This document shows, piece by piece, positions 60,696 through 64,000 of a DNA stretch of 64,000 bases (its first letter is position 1; every line of letters starts with the position of its first letter). The notes under the pieces are model-generated. The model saw only the letters and a list, made by a program, of their open reading frames with translations, was not told the origin of the DNA and did no database searches. A program made the position numbers and the translations under genes. Where the stretch lies: assembly GCA_002780175.1 (NCBI GenBank), contig PEVT01000048.1, positions 8,754 through 72,753 on the forward strand, given 5' to 3'. The stretch comes from Candidatus Moranbacteria bacterium CG06_land_8_20_14_3_00_40_12. GTDB taxonomy: Bacteria; Patescibacteriota; Minisyncoccia; Moranbacterales; UBA2206.

Positions 60696-63464
60696 ATGGA
60701 ATTAGTAATTGAAAAAAGTAAAATTATGGAAAAAGCTAAAAAAGACATAGCTGAACTAGTAGAAAAATACACCAGGCTGAAAAGAGAAAATAAAATCAAG
60801 GGCTATAACGAAGCTCAAACAAGGAAGGATTTTATCGATCCTCTTTTTGAATATCTGGGATGGGATATAAGAAATTCGAAAAGTGATAATGAAGTAACTA
60901 CGGAAGAAAAAATTTCCAAAGATAGAGTGGATATGGCTTTTCGAATCAACGGGATACCTAAATTTTTTCTTGAAGCCAAATCGATGAAGTCCGATCTGGA
61001 TATTGAAAGCTATGCCAGACAAGCGATAAATTATTCTTGGAATAAAGGAGTAAATTACGCGGTGCTTACCGATTTTGAAAGCCTCAAAGTTTTTAACGCT
61101 CAAGCTCAATCCAAACTTCTTTCCGACAAATTGATTTTTGAAATTCATTGCGAAGAATACCTGTCCGACTTTGAAAGACTCTGGCTTCTGTCGAAAAAGA
61201 ACTTTGAAAACAACGAACTGGACAAATACGCCGAAAAATACGGAAAGAGAATAAAAAAGCAGACAGTCAATGAGAAACTATTTGATGATCTCAAACAAGT
61301 GCGCGAGATTCTTACCAAAAGTTTTATCGCTTGGAATAAGGAAAAATTTGATAAAGAGGCTATAGACGAAGGAGTACAGAGAGTTTTAGACCGACTGATA
61401 TTTATCAGAGTTTTAGAAGATAGGCAATTGGAACCGCCAACTTTAAAACCGATTATCAATGAATGGGAAAAAGATAAAAGCGGCAATAAGCAATTATTTC
61501 ATATGCTGATATCGAAATTTCGGGAACTCGATGGTATTTATAATTCAAACCTCTTTGACGAACATCACTGCGAACAATTTGAAGAATATGACGATGCGGT
61601 GAAAGAAGCTATCCTGCTTCTTTATGGTAACGATGCATATCAATACGATTTCAAGGAAATTCCAGCGGATATTTTGGGCGGAGTTTACGAAAGCTATCTA
61701 GGTTATATCGCTCAAAATCCGATTCAAGTGGATAAAGAGGGAAAGTCAGGAAAACTTTTGAAAGTTGAAAATAATTCGGAAATAAAAATAGAATCTCGCC
61801 AAAAAAGAAAAGAGCATGGAATTTATTACACGCCAAAATTTATCGTGGATTATATCGTCAAAAATACTTTGGGAGAAAAGCTGAAAGAGATAAACAGTAT
61901 AAATGATTTAAAAAAGATCAGAGTGCTTGATCCGGCTTGCGGATCGGGATCTTTTTTAACCAAAGCGTTGGATATGCTGGGAGAAAAATATGAAGATTTT
62001 AGCCGGCCGGCGGATCAATATACTAAATCGCAAATTTTGATGGAAAATATTTACGGAGTGGATCTGGATTCTCAAGCGGTGGAGCTTGCGAGACTAAATT
62101 TGCTGATCGACACTTTGGACAAAAAAGAAAAACTCCCCAGCATTAAAAATGTCCGGGTCGGCAATTCTTTAATTTCCGGAGAAGAAAAAGAACTGCAAAA
62201 ATATTTCGGTAAAAACTGGCAGGACAAGAAACCGTTTAACTGGGAAGAAGAATTTCCCGAAGTATTTGCTCAAGGCGGATTTGATGTGATTATTGGAAAT
62301 CCACCCTGGGGCGCAAATATTGATGACGATTTACAATTTTTTGCAGAAAAATATCCAAATTCCACAAAAGAAAAGAAAGATATCTATAAAGTTTTTATTG
62401 AAAAATCGATTAGTTTGCTAAATTCCAATGGAGTTTTGGGTTTTATCATACCTAATTCATTCCTTTATCAACCTTCTTATGAAGATGTAAAGAATTTAAT
62501 AAACCAATATAATAATTTGGTCATTAATTTGGGAGAAAAGATATTTAAAAATGTTACAGTTCCATGTTGCATTTTAATTTTAAATAAACAAAAAAATCCT
62601 AGTAATGCGATTGTTGATTTTGTGAAAGAAGAAAGAATATTATTACCAAATAAGTTGTTATCTCTAAATCTAGATAGTGAAAAAAAGAAAGAGAAAAAAA
62701 GAGGAGCTATTATCAAAAATACAGATTTAAGTTTCGGAGAAGTGTTTGAACTGAAGGATGCTGGCATTCAATATCATAGATCGGGGATAGGTCTATCCAA
62801 CAAGGGCGGAAGTGATTTATATGAAAGAATTTTTTGTAAAGATGCAGAAAATAAATTTAAAGAAAGCAAGGAGACATATTATGGAAAATTAATGCAGCGT
62901 TATCACATTAGCAATAAAACCGACGAACTTTTTAATTTAAATTATAAAGATGTACTAAATAAAAATGAGTCAGTTAGTTTTACAAAAAATGCGTTTGAAC
63001 AAAATCAAAAAATAATATGGAGGCAAACAGCTCCTACAATTTTTGCAACCCTAGATGAAGAAAAGAGATGGTTTAGAAATACAATACAATGCGGATGGGT
63101 AAAGGATGAATATAAAAATAAGGTCGACCTAGCTTATTCTTTAGCAATTTTTAATTCTAGTTACATAAATTATGTGTATAGGCAGAAAGTTTTAGAAACT
63201 GGAAGGGTTTTTCCACAAGTTAAAATTAAATATCTTCAATCATTGCCTTTTATAATCGGCACCGATGATCAGCAGAAAGAGTTAGCATCAAATGTTAAGA
63301 AGATGTTGGAACTAAATGAGCAGATTCAAACAATTCCTGAAAATTCCGACAAATGGAATTCAATTAAAACTGAAATAGAAAAAACTGATAAAGCAATTAA
63401 TCAAAAAGTCTATGAACTTTACGGCTTAACGGAGAATGAAATAAAGATTATAGAAGGAAAATAA
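60696..63464 (+). CDS. Type IIG (Eco57I-like) fused restriction-modification enzyme
   Basis: RVD...LEAK nuclease, GIYYTP, VLDPACGSG, IIGNPPW, TaqI-like TRD, VYELYGLT end. Confidence 0.9.
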   Translation: MELVIEKSKIMEKAKKDIAELVEKYTRLKRENKIKGYNEAQTRKDFIDPLFEYLGWDIRNSKSDNEVTTEEKISKDRVDMAFRINGIPKFFLEAKSMKSDLDIESYARQAINYSWNKGVNYAVLTDFESLKVFNAQAQSKLLSDKLIFEIHCEEYLSDFERLWLLSKKNFENNELDKYAEKYGKRIKKQTVNEKLFDDLKQVREILTKSFIAWNKEKFDKEAIDEGVQRVLDRLIFIRVLEDRQLEPPTLKPIINEWEKDKSGNKQLFHMLISKFRELDGIYNSNLFDEHHCEQFEEYDDAVKEAILLLYGNDAYQYDFKEIPADILGGVYESYLGYIAQNPIQVDKEGKSGKLLKVENNSEIKIESRQKRKEHGIYYTPKFIVDYIVKNTLGEKLKEINSINDLKKIRVLDPACGSGSFLTKALDMLGEKYEDFSRPADQYTKSQILMENIYGVDLDSQAVELARLNLLIDTLDKKEKLPSIKNVRVGNSLISGEEKELQKYFGKNWQDKKPFNWEEEFPEVFAQGGFDVIIGNPPWGANIDDDLQFFAEKYPNSTKEKKDIYKVFIEKSISLLNSNGVLGFIIPNSFLYQPSYEDVKNLINQYNNLVINLGEKIFKNVTVPCCILILNKQKNPSNAIVDFVKEERILLPNKLLSLNLDSEKKKEKKRGAIIKNTDLSFGEVFELKDAGIQYHRSGIGLSNKGGSDLYERIFCKDAENKFKESKETYYGKLMQRYHISNKTDELFNLNYKDVLNKNESVSFTKNAFEQNQKIIWRQTAPTIFATLDEEKRWFRNTIQCGWVKDEYKNKVDLAYSLAIFNSSYINYVYRQKVLETGRVFPQVKIKYLQSLPFIIGTDDQQKELASNVKKMLELNEQIQTIPENSDKWNSIKTEIEKTDKAINQKVYELYGLTENEIKIIEGK

Positions 63465-63466
63465 AT

Positions 63467-64000
63467 ATGAAGTACTATTTTTATTTAGACGAAACGGGTG
63501 ATCATGGGCTTTCTTTTGTGGATCAAAATTTCCCGTTATTTCTATTGGCGGGATGTTTGTTTGATGAAAATGAATTAATGAAAATGGAAGCGGAAATCGG
63601 CGAATTTAAGATAGAATTTTTTGGAACGACAGAAGTTATTCTACATTCAAGAGAAATAAGAAAATGCGAAGGCGCATTTCAGATACTTTTTGATATTGAA
63701 AAAAAGAAAAAATTTTATTATAGGTTGAATGAGATTATGAAAAAAAGAAAGTTTACGATTATTGGTTCGGGAGTTAATAAAGACCGACATATCAAAAAGT
63801 ATGGCAAAGGAGCTAAGGATCCTTATGTTATATCACTGGCCTTTATTATTGAAAGATTAATTTTTTATTTAGATAAGGTTGATAATAATGCAATAGTTGA
63901 TATTAGAATTGAAAAAAGAGGAAAAAGAGAAGACCAACAATTATTAGATCAGTATAATACAATATTAGATACAGGAACTTATTTTGTTTCTTCTGATAGG
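63467..64000 (+). CDS. DUF3800-family protein (3'-truncated by window edge)
   Basis: MKYYFYLDETGDHGL...FPLFLLAG...ILHSREIRK...EKRGKRED. Confidence 0.85.
   Translation, partial: MKYYFYLDETGDHGLSFVDQNFPLFLLAGCLFDENELMKMEAEIGEFKIEFFGTTEVILHSREIRKCEGAFQILFDIEKKKKFYYRLNEIMKKRKFTIIGSGVNKDRHIKKYGKGAKDPYVISLAFIIERLIFYLDKVDNNAIVDIRIEKRGKREDQQLLDQYNTILDTGTYFVSSDR

Overview
AT-rich bacterial chromosome segment. Gene content and style suggest Patescibacteria/CPR (Parcubacteria-like; inference), standard code 11. In order: a type IV pilus locus (1-10.6 kb), ligA-gatC-gatA, a tRNA cluster containing a GIY-YIG nuclease, a type I RM island with two embedded putative RNases plus a Panacea-type TA pair, gyrB, a 23S-5S rRNA unit with no 16S, cell-wall/division and glycosylation genes, a VirB4/HerA-like ATPase, and a second defence island (DUF3800 remnant, type IIG RM, DUF3800). 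The most striking signal is a hierarchy of short hairpin/palindromic insertion elements (7-mer-repeat hairpins, a 20-bp CCTGCCTGCCGGCAGGCAGG palindrome, a 31-bp double hairpin, GTCAT...ATGAC elements). They nest inside one another and occur in the 23S rRNA (inflated to about 4.38 kb), in frame within ligA, gyrB, glycosyltransferases and a pilin, and in a decayed tRNA whose anticodon loop holds a complete second tRNA. A GxxExxY nuclease gene bounded by 41-bp inverted repeats and a GIY-YIG nuclease behind hairpin repeats are candidate mobilisers. A conserved 8-6-8 palindromic site marks the edges of both defence islands. All calls come from reading the sequence; no searches were run.
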